A DNA stretch of 64,000 nucleotides, taken from Anaerohalosphaeraceae bacterium (lineage in GTDB: Bacteria > Planctomycetota > Phycisphaerae > Sedimentisphaerales > Anaerohalosphaeraceae). Position numbers and translations under genes: made by a program. How positions within the stretch are numbered: position 1 is the stretch's first letter; each line of letters begins with the position of its first letter. Under the pieces are notes generated by a model that saw only the letters and a list, made by a program, of their open reading frames with translations, was not told where the DNA came from and made no database searches. The stretch is from assembly GCA_040306945.1 (NCBI GenBank), contig JAWRKM010000054.1, positions 3,056 to 67,055 of the forward strand, in the 5' to 3' direction. Shown piece after piece: positions 8,998 to 18,193 of the stretch.

Positions 8998-10305
8998 TCA
9001 GTTGGTCAATCCTGCGATCGCCGCACCAACCAGGGTGGCGTTATCGACACAGATAATGTCGGTAAAGATGCCCTTCTTGTTTTCCAGATACTGTTTCAAG
9101 TAGAACTCGACACGAGATTTGAGGGTCTTCATATGGTAGAAGGTCGTGCCTTCCGCAACGATGCAGATGGGCCTGGACGGATCCGTCCCCTGGCCGCTCT
9201 TGATGGCCATGGACGAAAGATTGATCGCTGTGAATTTCGCCGCTCGCTCGGTCGTGCGATCGGCCAGCAGATACATCGTCAGGGTATCCGTATCGCCGCC
9301 CTGCCTGCAGATTTCAGCCAGCGTACTGCCGCCATAGGGATATATCATGAACTCATTCATGTCTTTGGTGGACAGGTCTTTGATGGCGGTCAGTTGGGAT
9401 GCGACGGCATTGCTGAACAGGCCGTCCTTGCAGGCCTTGCGGATAATATCCCGAAACAGCGGCCCCAGATAGGCTCCGGAGATCATCTTTTCAAACGGAT
9501 TGACCCCGGGGTTGGCGGTGGATTTGTCAAAAGCAATATCGAGTTTGCCGCGATGACCGCGGGCAAAGCCGCCGGATTCAGTATTGATAATCTGAGTCTT
9601 GGCCGGATCCAGGTCCTTGTTCTTGGTGATATTACAGTTTTTCTCAACATAGCAGGTGTTGGTGCCGGTACCGAGGATAAACCCGATATAACCGCTGTAC
9701 ACCTTATTTTTATACCCCATTCCCGCCAGCAGCGTAACGACAGTATCGTTGAGCAGAACGATATGCTTGTTGCCCCCCATACCCAGAGAATCCAGCGCAT
9801 GATTGAGATTTTCGCCGATGAGCTGGCCTTTGACTTCTTCGGCACGGACTTCCTTGGAAAAGCGAATCAGTCGGCCATCTTTGTTAGGATACATCTGGAC
9901 CGCATAGGAAAAACAGAAACCGATATTGCTGGAAACCTCAATGACATCACGAAAATACCCGGCCATCGTCCTGAAAAATTCCGTTTTACCCATCTCACGA
10001 TCCACCGCAGGCATCTTGAACAGTTTGAGATTTTCAATCACGGGCATTTTCTGATGGTCGAAATAAACGGTAGCGACCCGGAAATTGGTCCCGCCGGCGT
10101 CGGCAACGATAACCTTTTTATGGGTGGGGACATCGCCTTCGGCACTGATATAAGTAGGAATCATTTCAAGGCTGCTTTTCTTACCGGCCAGGCCTCGCTG
10201 CATCTCCTCCAGAAACAGCTTCACATTGGCATCCATATCCACATCCTGATAGTCCATCCCGTAACCACTCAGAAAACGAACAACATTCCGTTTGATTGTC
10301 TTCAC
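8998..10305 (-). CDS. Hexokinase (Hexokinase_1/2, eukaryote-type family)
   Basis: DAGGTNFRV, GFCFSY, LLNDTV, ILGTGTN, INTESG, EKMISGAYLG; GTG start with SD AAGGAG. Confidence 0.88.
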   Translation of the reverse strand: MKTIKRNVVRFLSGYGMDYQDVDMDANVKLFLEEMQRGLAGKKSSLEMIPTYISAEGDVPTHKKVIVADAGGTNFRVATVYFDHQKMPVIENLKLFKMPAVDREMGKTEFFRTMAGYFRDVIEVSSNIGFCFSYAVQMYPNKDGRLIRFSKEVRAEEVKGQLIGENLNHALDSLGMGGNKHIVLLNDTVVTLLAGMGYKNKVYSGYIGFILGTGTNTCYVEKNCNITKNKDLDPAKTQIINTESGGFARGHRGKLDIAFDKSTANPGVNPFEKMISGAYLGPLFRDIIRKACKDGLFSNAVASQLTAIKDLSTKDMNEFMIYPYGGSTLAEICRQGGDTDTLTMYLLADRTTERAAKFTAINLSSMAIKSGQGTDPSRPICIVAEGTTFYHMKTLKSRVEFYLKQYLENKKGIFTDIICVDNATLVGAAIAGLTN

Positions 10306-10346
10306 GGCAACTTCTCCTTATGTGGATCATAAATGCGGCTGTTCTG

Positions 10347-11330
10347 CTATTCACAATACCCGTTGGGATTGGCGGTATGGAATTTCCATGCTGACTCGAC
10401 AATCTTTTCCAGCTCCGGGTAATCGGTCTTCCAGCCCAGCACAGTGCGTGCCTTGCTTGCATCGGCAGTCAGTACCGGCGGGTCGCCGGGACGGCGTCCC
10501 GTCTCAATCACCTTAAACGCTTTGCCGGAGACCTTGCGAACACAGTCAATCACCTGACGAACCGTATAACCTTTGCCGTTGCCGAGGTTATACACCTGCT
10601 CGGTTTCTGAATCAAGCCGGGCCAGAGCCAGCAGATGGGCTTTGGCGAGGTCTTCAACGTGAATATAATCGCGGACACAAGTACCATCCGGAGTCGGATA
10701 GTCGGTGCCAAAAATCTTGATATTGTCACGTTTGCCCATAGCAGCCTGAATAATCAGCGGAATCAGGTGCGATTCAGGCTTGTGGTCTTCGCCGCGGGTG
10801 GCATTAAAGCCGGCGCCGCAGGCGTTAAAATACCGCAAGGCCGCGTAACGCAGCCGACCGGTTTGGCTCTGGAAATGGCACATCCGCTCCACCGCCCACT
10901 TGGTTTCACCATATGGATTGATGGGGCATTTGGTGGTGTCTTCCGTAATCGGAATCTGGTCGGGCATGCCATACACGGCAGCGGTACTGCTGAAGACGAA
11001 TTTCTGCACCCCCGCTGCTTCCATCGCAGCCAGAAGTGTGCGGGTTTTGCTGACGTTGTTATCATAGTATCGCAGCGGCTGTTCAACCGATTCACCCACT
11101 TCGATGAAGGCGGCAAAATGCATAACCGCTTCAATTTTGTGTTTCTTGAGCACTTCGACAGTAAAGTCGAAATCACCAAAATCGCCTTGAACGAATTCGG
11201 CTTTCTGAACCGCGGCCCTGTGGCCTTTGCTGAGATTATCCAAAACGACCGGTCTGTGTCCCTCACGACTCAGCAGTTCGGTCATGTTGCTGCCGATATA
11301 TCCGGCCCCGCCGCAAACGAGAACTTTCAT
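10347..11330 (-). CDS. galE: UDP-glucose 4-epimerase
   Basis: GGAGYIGS, HFAAFIEVGESV, YGETK (YxxxK), LRYFNACGA, GTDYPTPDGTCVRDYIHV. Confidence 0.96.
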   Translation of the reverse strand: MKVLVCGGAGYIGSNMTELLSREGHRPVVLDNLSKGHRAAVQKAEFVQGDFGDFDFTVEVLKKHKIEAVMHFAAFIEVGESVEQPLRYYDNNVSKTRTLLAAMEAAGVQKFVFSSTAAVYGMPDQIPITEDTTKCPINPYGETKWAVERMCHFQSQTGRLRYAALRYFNACGAGFNATRGEDHKPESHLIPLIIQAAMGKRDNIKIFGTDYPTPDGTCVRDYIHVEDLAKAHLLALARLDSETEQVYNLGNGKGYTVRQVIDCVRKVSGKAFKVIETGRRPGDPPVLTADASKARTVLGWKTDYPELEKIVESAWKFHTANPNGYCE

Positions 11331-11899
11331 GAACGGAGTTCCTTTTCAATTGATTTCTGGATTTGAGTTATAATTTGATACTCGAGAGCGTCATCACGTC
11401 CCAGATCAATCCATCGCATTTGTTCCAGCCGTTCCGGCTCCACTTCAAGCCGCTGTTTACTGCGATCACTGGCGGTATAAAGGGCCGGTGCGGTATTGTA
11501 GCCTCGGATGGCTTGTTCGGGCAGCGATAACCGCTGGACAAGTGTAATACATTCTACGCAGACACCATTTTGTTCCGTACGAAAGACCAGTTCCACAGAA
11601 CGCTGAAGGCTTTGCAGGTTGGCCTCGGCCGAATTATAAAAACCAACATTATCCCGGCGCCAAAACTCAAAGAACTGTTTGGCCCGAAGCGGATGGGTAC
11701 GGATGATGCCATTGTCGACATCGAATTTCTGGATTCGAAACTGCATGTCCAGCAGGACCTTTTCGGAAACCTGCATCAGCTTTTCCGTACCGATAGCGTC
11801 AAGACAGTATGGCTGGCTAAGCTGCTTGTTCTGATTTGCACAGCCAACCACAACAACCAATAAACTAACTATAATCGCCTGATAAAATCCATTTTTCAT
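11327..11899 (-). CDS. Hypothetical lipoprotein
   Basis: Signal peptide ending in lipobox-like VVG-C; 4-nt overlap with the galE start. Confidence 0.65.
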   Translation of the reverse strand: MKNGFYQAIIVSLLVVVVGCANQNKQLSQPYCLDAIGTEKLMQVSEKVLLDMQFRIQKFDVDNGIIRTHPLRAKQFFEFWRRDNVGFYNSAEANLQSLQRSVELVFRTEQNGVCVECITLVQRLSLPEQAIRGYNTAPALYTASDRSKQRLEVEPERLEQMRWIDLGRDDALEYQIITQIQKSIEKELRS

Positions 11900-11997
11900 A
11901 GTCTTATCCTATTCATCAAATTCCGGGTTATTCTATCGGCTTTTGTTGCAACTCTCAAGGCCCAAAACCCCCATTTTTATCCAGTTGAGGATAACAA

Positions 11998-12026
11998 TTT
12001 ACAATTCTTGAGTTTCGAATTAGAAT
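11998..12026 (+). promoter_or_regulatory. Sigma70-type promoter of xerD (leaderless layout)
   Basis: TTTACA-17 bp-TAGAAT ending 7 nt before ATG 12034. Confidence 0.6.
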
Positions 12027-12033
12027 TTCGGGT

Positions 12034-12972
12034 ATGCTGAACAACCAAATCATCACACTAAAAAAGAAACTGGGAACCGATGCTATTGGGGCGGAAGTCT
12101 GCCAATTTCTGGACTATTTAGCCCTGGAAGCTGGATTATCCGCCAACACCGTCCTGGCTTATGGACGCGATTTGTTGGAATTTTGCCGGTATTGTCAGGG
12201 CATCAATTTGAAAGAGATTTCGGCCCTGGAAGTAACCCATATTTATGGACATTTAAAAGCTATTAGCCGGGCAGGTAAGGTCGAAGCCTCAATCAGCCGG
12301 GCGATGGTAGCCATCAAAATGCTGTTGCGGTTCTGTCTTTCCACAGGCAAGCTAAAGGACGATTTTGTCAGCAGTCTGGAAGGCCCCAAGCTGTGGAAAC
12401 GTCTGCCCAGTGTGGCCGGATATGAGCAGATATTCAAGCTGCTGGATACTCCGGACCCGCAGGAGCCATACTATCTGCGAGATAAAGCACTGCTGGAGGT
12501 ATTGTATGCAACAGGTGCGAGGGCCTCGGAAGTCGTCAATCTGAAGATTCGAGACGTCAATATCAAGGTCGGATATGTCCGATGCTTTGGTAAAGGAAGT
12601 AAAGAACGAATTGTACCGCTGGGAACAGTGGCTGGGCAGGCCATCCAGCAATATCTGGATAATCTTCGCCCAGCTTTAGAAAAACCCAAAAGCCCCGAAA
12701 ACCTGTTTTTGACCCGGACCGGGCGAGCGATGGACCGGATTGATTTGTGGCGAATCGTAAAACGGCACGCCCTGCGGGCAGGAATGCCCAAGACCATGAC
12801 AGTCCACACGCTGAGGCATTGCTTTGCCACGCATCTGCTATCGGGTGGAGTCGATTTGCGTTCTCTGCAGGAGATGCTGGGGCATGCCGATATTCGTACG
12901 ACCCAGATTTATACCCATGTGGACAACGACCGGCTTCGCAAGATACACAAAAAATTCCACCCCAGACCGTAA
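12034..12972 (+). CDS. xerD: Site-specific tyrosine recombinase XerD
   Basis: SANTVLAYGRDL, LEVLYATGARASE, GKGSKERIVP, HTLRHCFATHLL, QEMLGHADIRTTQIYTHV (R-H-R-H-Y catalytic set). Confidence 0.9.
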   Translation: MLNNQIITLKKKLGTDAIGAEVCQFLDYLALEAGLSANTVLAYGRDLLEFCRYCQGINLKEISALEVTHIYGHLKAISRAGKVEASISRAMVAIKMLLRFCLSTGKLKDDFVSSLEGPKLWKRLPSVAGYEQIFKLLDTPDPQEPYYLRDKALLEVLYATGARASEVVNLKIRDVNIKVGYVRCFGKGSKERIVPLGTVAGQAIQQYLDNLRPALEKPKSPENLFLTRTGRAMDRIDLWRIVKRHALRAGMPKTMTVHTLRHCFATHLLSGGVDLRSLQEMLGHADIRTTQIYTHVDNDRLRKIHKKFHPRP

Positions 12973-12974
12973 AC

Positions 12975-13763
12975 TTATCTCGATTCAGCGATTTGTCCCA
13001 CGTGGTCCAGCACAAGGCTGGGGCGATAAGCATAGCGTTCTATATCTTCTTTTTTGGTAATCCCGCTGAGAACAAGGACTGTTTCGATTTCCGATTCTAT
13101 CCCGGCAATAATATCCGTATCCATACGGTCCCCCACAATAACCGTTTCTTCACGTCGAACATTGAGCTTCTTAAGGGAATGCCGCATAATCAACGGATTA
13201 GGCTTGCCGATGAAATAGGCCTGACGCCCCGTGGAAAGCTCGATAGGGGAAATCAACGCCCGGCAGGCGGGAACAATCCCCTTTTCACCCGGGCCGGTAA
13301 CATCAGGATTAGTGCCAATGAGCCGGGCGCCACGAAGAACACAGCGTATGGCAGTTTCAATTTTATCATACGTATAATGGGAGGTCTCGCCAAAAACAAC
13401 ATAATCGGGACTCTCGCTGTCAAATTGCATTCCTCCTTCCCGTAAGGCTTCCATTAAACCCGTTTCGCCAATGGCATAGACTTTGGCACCTGGGGACTGG
13501 CTTCGCAGAAAACTGGCAGTGGCGATGGCGCTGGTCATAAAGTGATCCGGCCCAACCGAAATCCCCATCCCGGCCAGACGGTCAGAAAGCTGCTGCGGGG
13601 TCCGCTCGGAACTGTTGGTCAGAAACAAAAAAGGTTTCTCATTTTTCTTAAGCCAATTGATAAAAGGCTTGGCACCAGGCAAGACTTTCCTGCCATGATA
13701 AATTACGCCATCCATATCACAGATAAAGGCTCGTTTATTCCGAATTTTCTCAAGCATGGTCAT
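12975..13763 (-). CDS. HAD-IIA family hydrolase (NagD-like)
   Basis: DMDGVIY, LTNSS, GKPNP, VGDRMDTDIIAG. Confidence 0.92.
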   Translation of the reverse strand: MTMLEKIRNKRAFICDMDGVIYHGRKVLPGAKPFINWLKKNEKPFLFLTNSSERTPQQLSDRLAGMGISVGPDHFMTSAIATASFLRSQSPGAKVYAIGETGLMEALREGGMQFDSESPDYVVFGETSHYTYDKIETAIRCVLRGARLIGTNPDVTGPGEKGIVPACRALISPIELSTGRQAYFIGKPNPLIMRHSLKKLNVRREETVIVGDRMDTDIIAGIESEIETVLVLSGITKKEDIERYAYRPSLVLDHVGQIAESR

Positions 13764-13959
13764 CGCATCGGATTCCTTTCTTTTTAGTGCCAGAGAATTA
13801 TACCCGGATAAGCAATCTTTTCATATCTTTTAGAGCTGGCAATCTGAATTCGCTATAATATATGGTTTTTAATTTACACGCATTATTGTTCCGCTATTCA
13901 CATTATACAACAATAAATCTATTTATTGCTCCAAAAAAGATTGTTATTGGTGATATTTG

Positions 13960-13988
13960 TTGCATTAATTTGAACAGCCTTTTATAAT
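13960..13988 (+). promoter_or_regulatory. Sigma70-type promoter of the hydG-aspA-hydF-hydE operon
   Basis: TTGCAT-17 bp-TATAAT within a 360-bp AT-rich intergenic region. Confidence 0.6.
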
Positions 13989-14126
13989 ATGGCGTAAAAT
14001 ATGAAAAGATGGTTGGATTTTCATCGGTCTTCAATGGATAATAAAAGAGCAGCAAGCAAATCGCGAATTTATGATTTGCAGCCTGCTCTTTATTTTTAAT
14101 TTGTGCTTTTTTGGAGATGATAAGAA

Positions 14127-15521
14127 ATGAACGGACAATCGGATTTTATTCAGGATTCAGTCATTGAACAGACGCTAAGCCATGCGGTTCGCAAAGACCG
14201 GGCGGCAGTCGAAGATGTTTTATCTAAAGCATTGGAAATGAAGGGGTTAAATTTGCCGGATATCGCAGTGCTTTCAACCATCAGTGATCCGGAATTACTG
14301 GCCAAACTGTTTGATGCAGCCAAGAAGGTCAAAGAAACCATTTATGGACGTCGTCTGGTATTGTTTGCTCCTTTATATATTTCCAACCTCTGTAGCAACG
14401 AATGTTTATATTGTGCATTCAGAGCTCGAAATAAAGAGATTAAAAGAAGAGCTCTGACCCAGCCTGAAATATACAGGGAAGTCGAAGAACTGGTGAAACA
14501 AGGTCACAAACGTGTCCTTCTGGTGGCCGGAGAAAGTTATCCCAAAGAAGGTTTTTCATATGTTTTGAAGTCGATTGAGACGATTTACTCCGTCAAAGTC
14601 GGGCCGGGTGAAATCCGCCGGGTCAATGTAAATGTGGCACCGTTGACACTGGAAGAATTTAAGCAGCTCAAAGCGGCCAAGATTGGAACGTATCAATTGT
14701 TCCAGGAGACTTACCATCGACAAACCTATAAGAGTGTACATTTAGGTGGAAAGAAAGTCGATTATGACTGGCGAGTGTCTGCGATGGACCGTGCGATGGA
14801 GGCAGGCATCGACGACGTAGGGATTGGTGTCTTGTTTGGTCTGTGCGACTGGCGTTATGAACTCCTGGCCCTGATGCAGCATATCCATCATCTGGAAGCC
14901 AAATTTGGCGTTGGCCCGCACACTATCAGCGTACCGCGACTCGAGCCGGCCACTGGGTCGGACATGGCCAGTCACCCGCCAAAACCGGTCGAAGATATCG
15001 AGTTTCGCAAAATTGTTGCCATTCTGCGGCTGGCAGTACCCTATACGGGCATTATTATGTCCACTCGCGAAAATCCAAATATGCGGCGTGAAACCTTTGC
15101 CCTGGGCGTATCTCAAATATCGGCAGGCTCCCGCACCAATCCCGGCGGCTATGTTGAGGGCAAGGACGTGCTGGATGAGGCACAGTTTTCGCTGGGTGAC
15201 CACCGTGGGTTGGATGAGGTCATTCGGGACATTACAGAATTAGGCTATATTCCCTCTTTTTGTACAGGATGCTATCGCCTCGGCAGGACCGGACAGGACT
15301 TTATGGATATGGCCAAGCCGGGCTTGATCAAAGAACACTGCGACCCAAACGCCCTATCAACATTTTTGGAATACTTGCAGGACTACGCATCGGAAGCCAC
15401 AAAGCAGGCTGGGTTGAAATTGATCGAAAAAACCTTAAACAGCATGGATGACAAACCCCGAATGCGCAGCACAAAAATGCTCGAAGCGGTTCGATCCGGC
15501 AAGCGGGACGTCTATTGCTGA
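14127..15521 (+). CDS. hydG: [FeFe]-hydrogenase H-cluster radical SAM maturase HydG
   Basis: FAPLYISNLCSNECLYC (CxxxCxxC), GPHTISVPR, C-terminal FCTGCYR...HCDPNA auxiliary-cluster cysteines. Confidence 0.96.
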   Translation: MNGQSDFIQDSVIEQTLSHAVRKDRAAVEDVLSKALEMKGLNLPDIAVLSTISDPELLAKLFDAAKKVKETIYGRRLVLFAPLYISNLCSNECLYCAFRARNKEIKRRALTQPEIYREVEELVKQGHKRVLLVAGESYPKEGFSYVLKSIETIYSVKVGPGEIRRVNVNVAPLTLEEFKQLKAAKIGTYQLFQETYHRQTYKSVHLGGKKVDYDWRVSAMDRAMEAGIDDVGIGVLFGLCDWRYELLALMQHIHHLEAKFGVGPHTISVPRLEPATGSDMASHPPKPVEDIEFRKIVAILRLAVPYTGIIMSTRENPNMRRETFALGVSQISAGSRTNPGGYVEGKDVLDEAQFSLGDHRGLDEVIRDITELGYIPSFCTGCYRLGRTGQDFMDMAKPGLIKEHCDPNALSTFLEYLQDYASEATKQAGLKLIEKTLNSMDDKPRMRSTKMLEAVRSGKRDVYC

Positions 15522-15522
15522 T

Positions 15523-16968
15523 ATGGCCCAGAGATATCGATCAGAACAGGATTTGCTGGGGCGAATGGACATCCCGGCAGAGGTACTGTACGGAATTCAT
15601 ACCGTACGGGCAATGGAGAATTTCCCCTATTCGTCCCGGCCGGTACCGTCTGGATTAATTCGTGCGTATGGGGTAGTCAAGCAGGCCTGTATCCAGACCT
15701 GCCTTGAGCTTGGTGAATGGGCCGACGAGCCCGCCAAAGGCGATGCGATGGTACGAGCCTGCGCCCAGATGGCTGCGGGTTTGCTTGATGAACATATCCG
15801 GGTGGATTTGTTTCAGGGTGGAGCAGGAACGAGTCTGAATATGAATGTTAACGAAGTCCTGGCTAACCGGGCACTGCAAATCCTGAATCTGCCGCTGGGC
15901 AGCTATGACCGCGTTCATCCGCTGGAAGATATCAATCGCTATCAATCGACCAATGATACGTTCCCGACAGCGCTGCGTGTAGCAGCAATTCAATCAATCC
16001 AGCAACTTGAAAAAGTTCTGGTTGCCCTGCAGGAAACATTTCAGACCAAGGAAAAAGAGTTTGCCAATGTAGTCAAAATCGGACGAACGGAATACCAGGA
16101 TGCCGTACTGACCACTCTCGGGCGGGAAATGTCAGCGTATGCAGAAGCCATCAACCGAGACCGCTGGCGTGTCTATAAATGTGTTGAACGGCTGCGGGTT
16201 GTGAATCTGGGCGGAACGGCAATCGGTTCGGGACTATCGGCACCGCGGGACTATATTTTCCGGGTAACAGAGACCTTGCGGGACTTGACTGGGCTGGGAC
16301 TGGCGAGGGCCGAAAACCTGATTGATGCCACACAAAATGCAGATGTGTTTGTGGAGGTGTCGGGGATCTTAAAGGCCTGCGCCAGTTCACTGTTGAAAAT
16401 CAGCGGCGACTTGCGGCTTTTGTCCAGCGGACCCGCCGGAGGGCTGCGAGAAATCACCCTGCCGCCGCGACAGGCCGGCTCATCCATTATGCCCGGCAAG
16501 GTCAATCCGGTAATTCCCGAATCGGTCAGCCAGGCGGCGATGCAGGTCCTGGGCAATGATGTGGTGATTGCCCAGGCATGTTCGGCAGGCAACCTTGAGT
16601 TGAATGCCTTTTTGCCAGTGATTGCAGCAAATTTGCTGGAAAGTATTGAATTGCTGACGGTAGCCAGCGATATATTACGAAAGTATTGTGTAGAAGGCAT
16701 CGAGGCCAATCGCGAGCAATGCAGGCAATATGTGGAAAATGCCACGGCAGTGGTTACTGCCCTGCTGCCTCAGCTCGGGTACGATATCTGTGCCCGGATT
16801 GCCAAAGAATCAGAAACGACCGGGAAATCCATTCGTCAGCTTGTAACAGAACAACACCTGCTGACAGAGCAGGAATTTGAGGCCATAATCAGCCCTGAGG
16901 CCGTCTGTCGGTTAGGGCACCCCAAAAAGCAAACAAAATCTAAAAACCATGGATCAGACAACACCTAA
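15523..16968 (+). CDS. aspA: Aspartate ammonia-lyase
   Basis: QGGAGTSLNMNVNEV, QSTNDTFPTA, KIGRTEYQDA, GSSIMPGKVNPVIPE (SS loop), GNLELN. Start placed 1 nt after the hydG stop. Confidence 0.88.
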   Translation: MAQRYRSEQDLLGRMDIPAEVLYGIHTVRAMENFPYSSRPVPSGLIRAYGVVKQACIQTCLELGEWADEPAKGDAMVRACAQMAAGLLDEHIRVDLFQGGAGTSLNMNVNEVLANRALQILNLPLGSYDRVHPLEDINRYQSTNDTFPTALRVAAIQSIQQLEKVLVALQETFQTKEKEFANVVKIGRTEYQDAVLTTLGREMSAYAEAINRDRWRVYKCVERLRVVNLGGTAIGSGLSAPRDYIFRVTETLRDLTGLGLARAENLIDATQNADVFVEVSGILKACASSLLKISGDLRLLSSGPAGGLREITLPPRQAGSSIMPGKVNPVIPESVSQAAMQVLGNDVVIAQACSAGNLELNAFLPVIAANLLESIELLTVASDILRKYCVEGIEANREQCRQYVENATAVVTALLPQLGYDICARIAKESETTGKSIRQLVTEQHLLTEQEFEAIISPEAVCRLGHPKKQTKSKNHGSDNT

Positions 16969-18193
16969 AAGCTTACGTCTTCATATTGGGCTGTTCGGCA
17001 GGCGCAATGTCGGCAAATCCAGTCTCCTGAATGCAATTGTCGGACAAGATGTATCGATTGTATCCGAACATGCGGGAACAACGACCGACCCGGTGGAAAA
17101 GCCGATGGAACTGCTGCCGCTGGGGCCGGTGGTGTTTATTGATACGGCCGGGGTGGATGATGAGGGGGCCCTGGGACAATTGCGTATTGCCCGGACGCGC
17201 AAGGTTTTTGAACGGACTGATTTGGCAGTGATCGTCAGCGATGGCTTGTGGGGGGGCTTTGAAGAGACGATTGCCAGCCAGCTTGCTGAACTAAAAATAC
17301 CCTATATCGCCCTGTTTAATAAGGTTGACCAGATTCGCCCGGAACAGCAGATTATCGATTCTTTACAGAATAAAAAGGTGCCGACACTTTTAGTCAGTGC
17401 CAAACAAAAACAGGGACTAACAGAATTTCGGCAGGCGCTGCTGGATAACGCCCCAGCCGAATTTGTCGAAAATCCGGCGATTGTTGCCGACCTGGTCGGG
17501 CCAGGACAAACGGCGATTCTGGTGGTTCCGATTGATAAAGAGGCCCCCAAGGGCCGGCTGATTCTGCCGCAGGTCCAGACAATCCGGGATTTACTGGATG
17601 GGGATGCCTGCTGTCTGGTGGTCAAAGAGCGGGAATTACGAGCGGCAATCGATAATCTCAAACAGCCACCGAAGCTGGTAGTAACCGATTCGCAGGCGTT
17701 TTTGAAAGTGGCCGCGGATACACCAAAATCTGTGCTAATGACCAGCTTTTCGATTTTGTTCGCCCGATTCAAAGGCGACCTTGTAACGCAGACACTCGGA
17801 GCGATGGCTGTCGATACCCTGAAAGCCGGGGATCCGGTTCTGATTGCCGAGGCATGCAGCCATCATCCGATTGGTGAAGATATTGGCCGTGTCAAAATTC
17901 CTCGCTGGCTGACACAGTATGTCGGGGGCAAGCTCGATTTTACGATTTTGGCCGGACGGGACTGGCCGGAGGATATCAGCAAGTATAAACTGATTATTCA
18001 CTGCGGCGCCTGCATGTGGAACCGGCGTCAGATGCTCTCGCGGCTGCTGGAATGCCGCAAGGCGGGTGTGCCGATTACAAATTATGGGCTGGTAATAGCC
18101 TACAGCCTGGGTATTTTTGAGCGTGCTCTGGAGCCATTCCCGGCGGCACGTGAAGTATATCGCCAATTGAAACAGAAAGAACAATCATCATAA
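16949..18193 (+). CDS. hydF: [FeFe]-hydrogenase maturation GTPase HydF
   Basis: GRRNVGKSS, GTTTDPV, DTAG, NKVD, EACSHH, HCGACM. Confidence 0.96.
   Translation: MDQTTPKSLRLHIGLFGRRNVGKSSLLNAIVGQDVSIVSEHAGTTTDPVEKPMELLPLGPVVFIDTAGVDDEGALGQLRIARTRKVFERTDLAVIVSDGLWGGFEETIASQLAELKIPYIALFNKVDQIRPEQQIIDSLQNKKVPTLLVSAKQKQGLTEFRQALLDNAPAEFVENPAIVADLVGPGQTAILVVPIDKEAPKGRLILPQVQTIRDLLDGDACCLVVKERELRAAIDNLKQPPKLVVTDSQAFLKVAADTPKSVLMTSFSILFARFKGDLVTQTLGAMAVDTLKAGDPVLIAEACSHHPIGEDIGRVKIPRWLTQYVGGKLDFTILAGRDWPEDISKYKLIIHCGACMWNRRQMLSRLLECRKAGVPITNYGLVIAYSLGIFERALEPFPAAREVYRQLKQKEQSS

Noticed and set aside
8815-10332. 505-aa plus-strand ORF
   Set aside because: It is the antisense shadow of the hexokinase gene, with no motifs or SD; such shadows are common opposite GC-balanced genes.
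12034-12972. Tyrosine recombinase as a possible integrase of a mobile element
   Set aside because: The sequence is XerD-like, flanked by housekeeping genes, with no att repeats or cargo.
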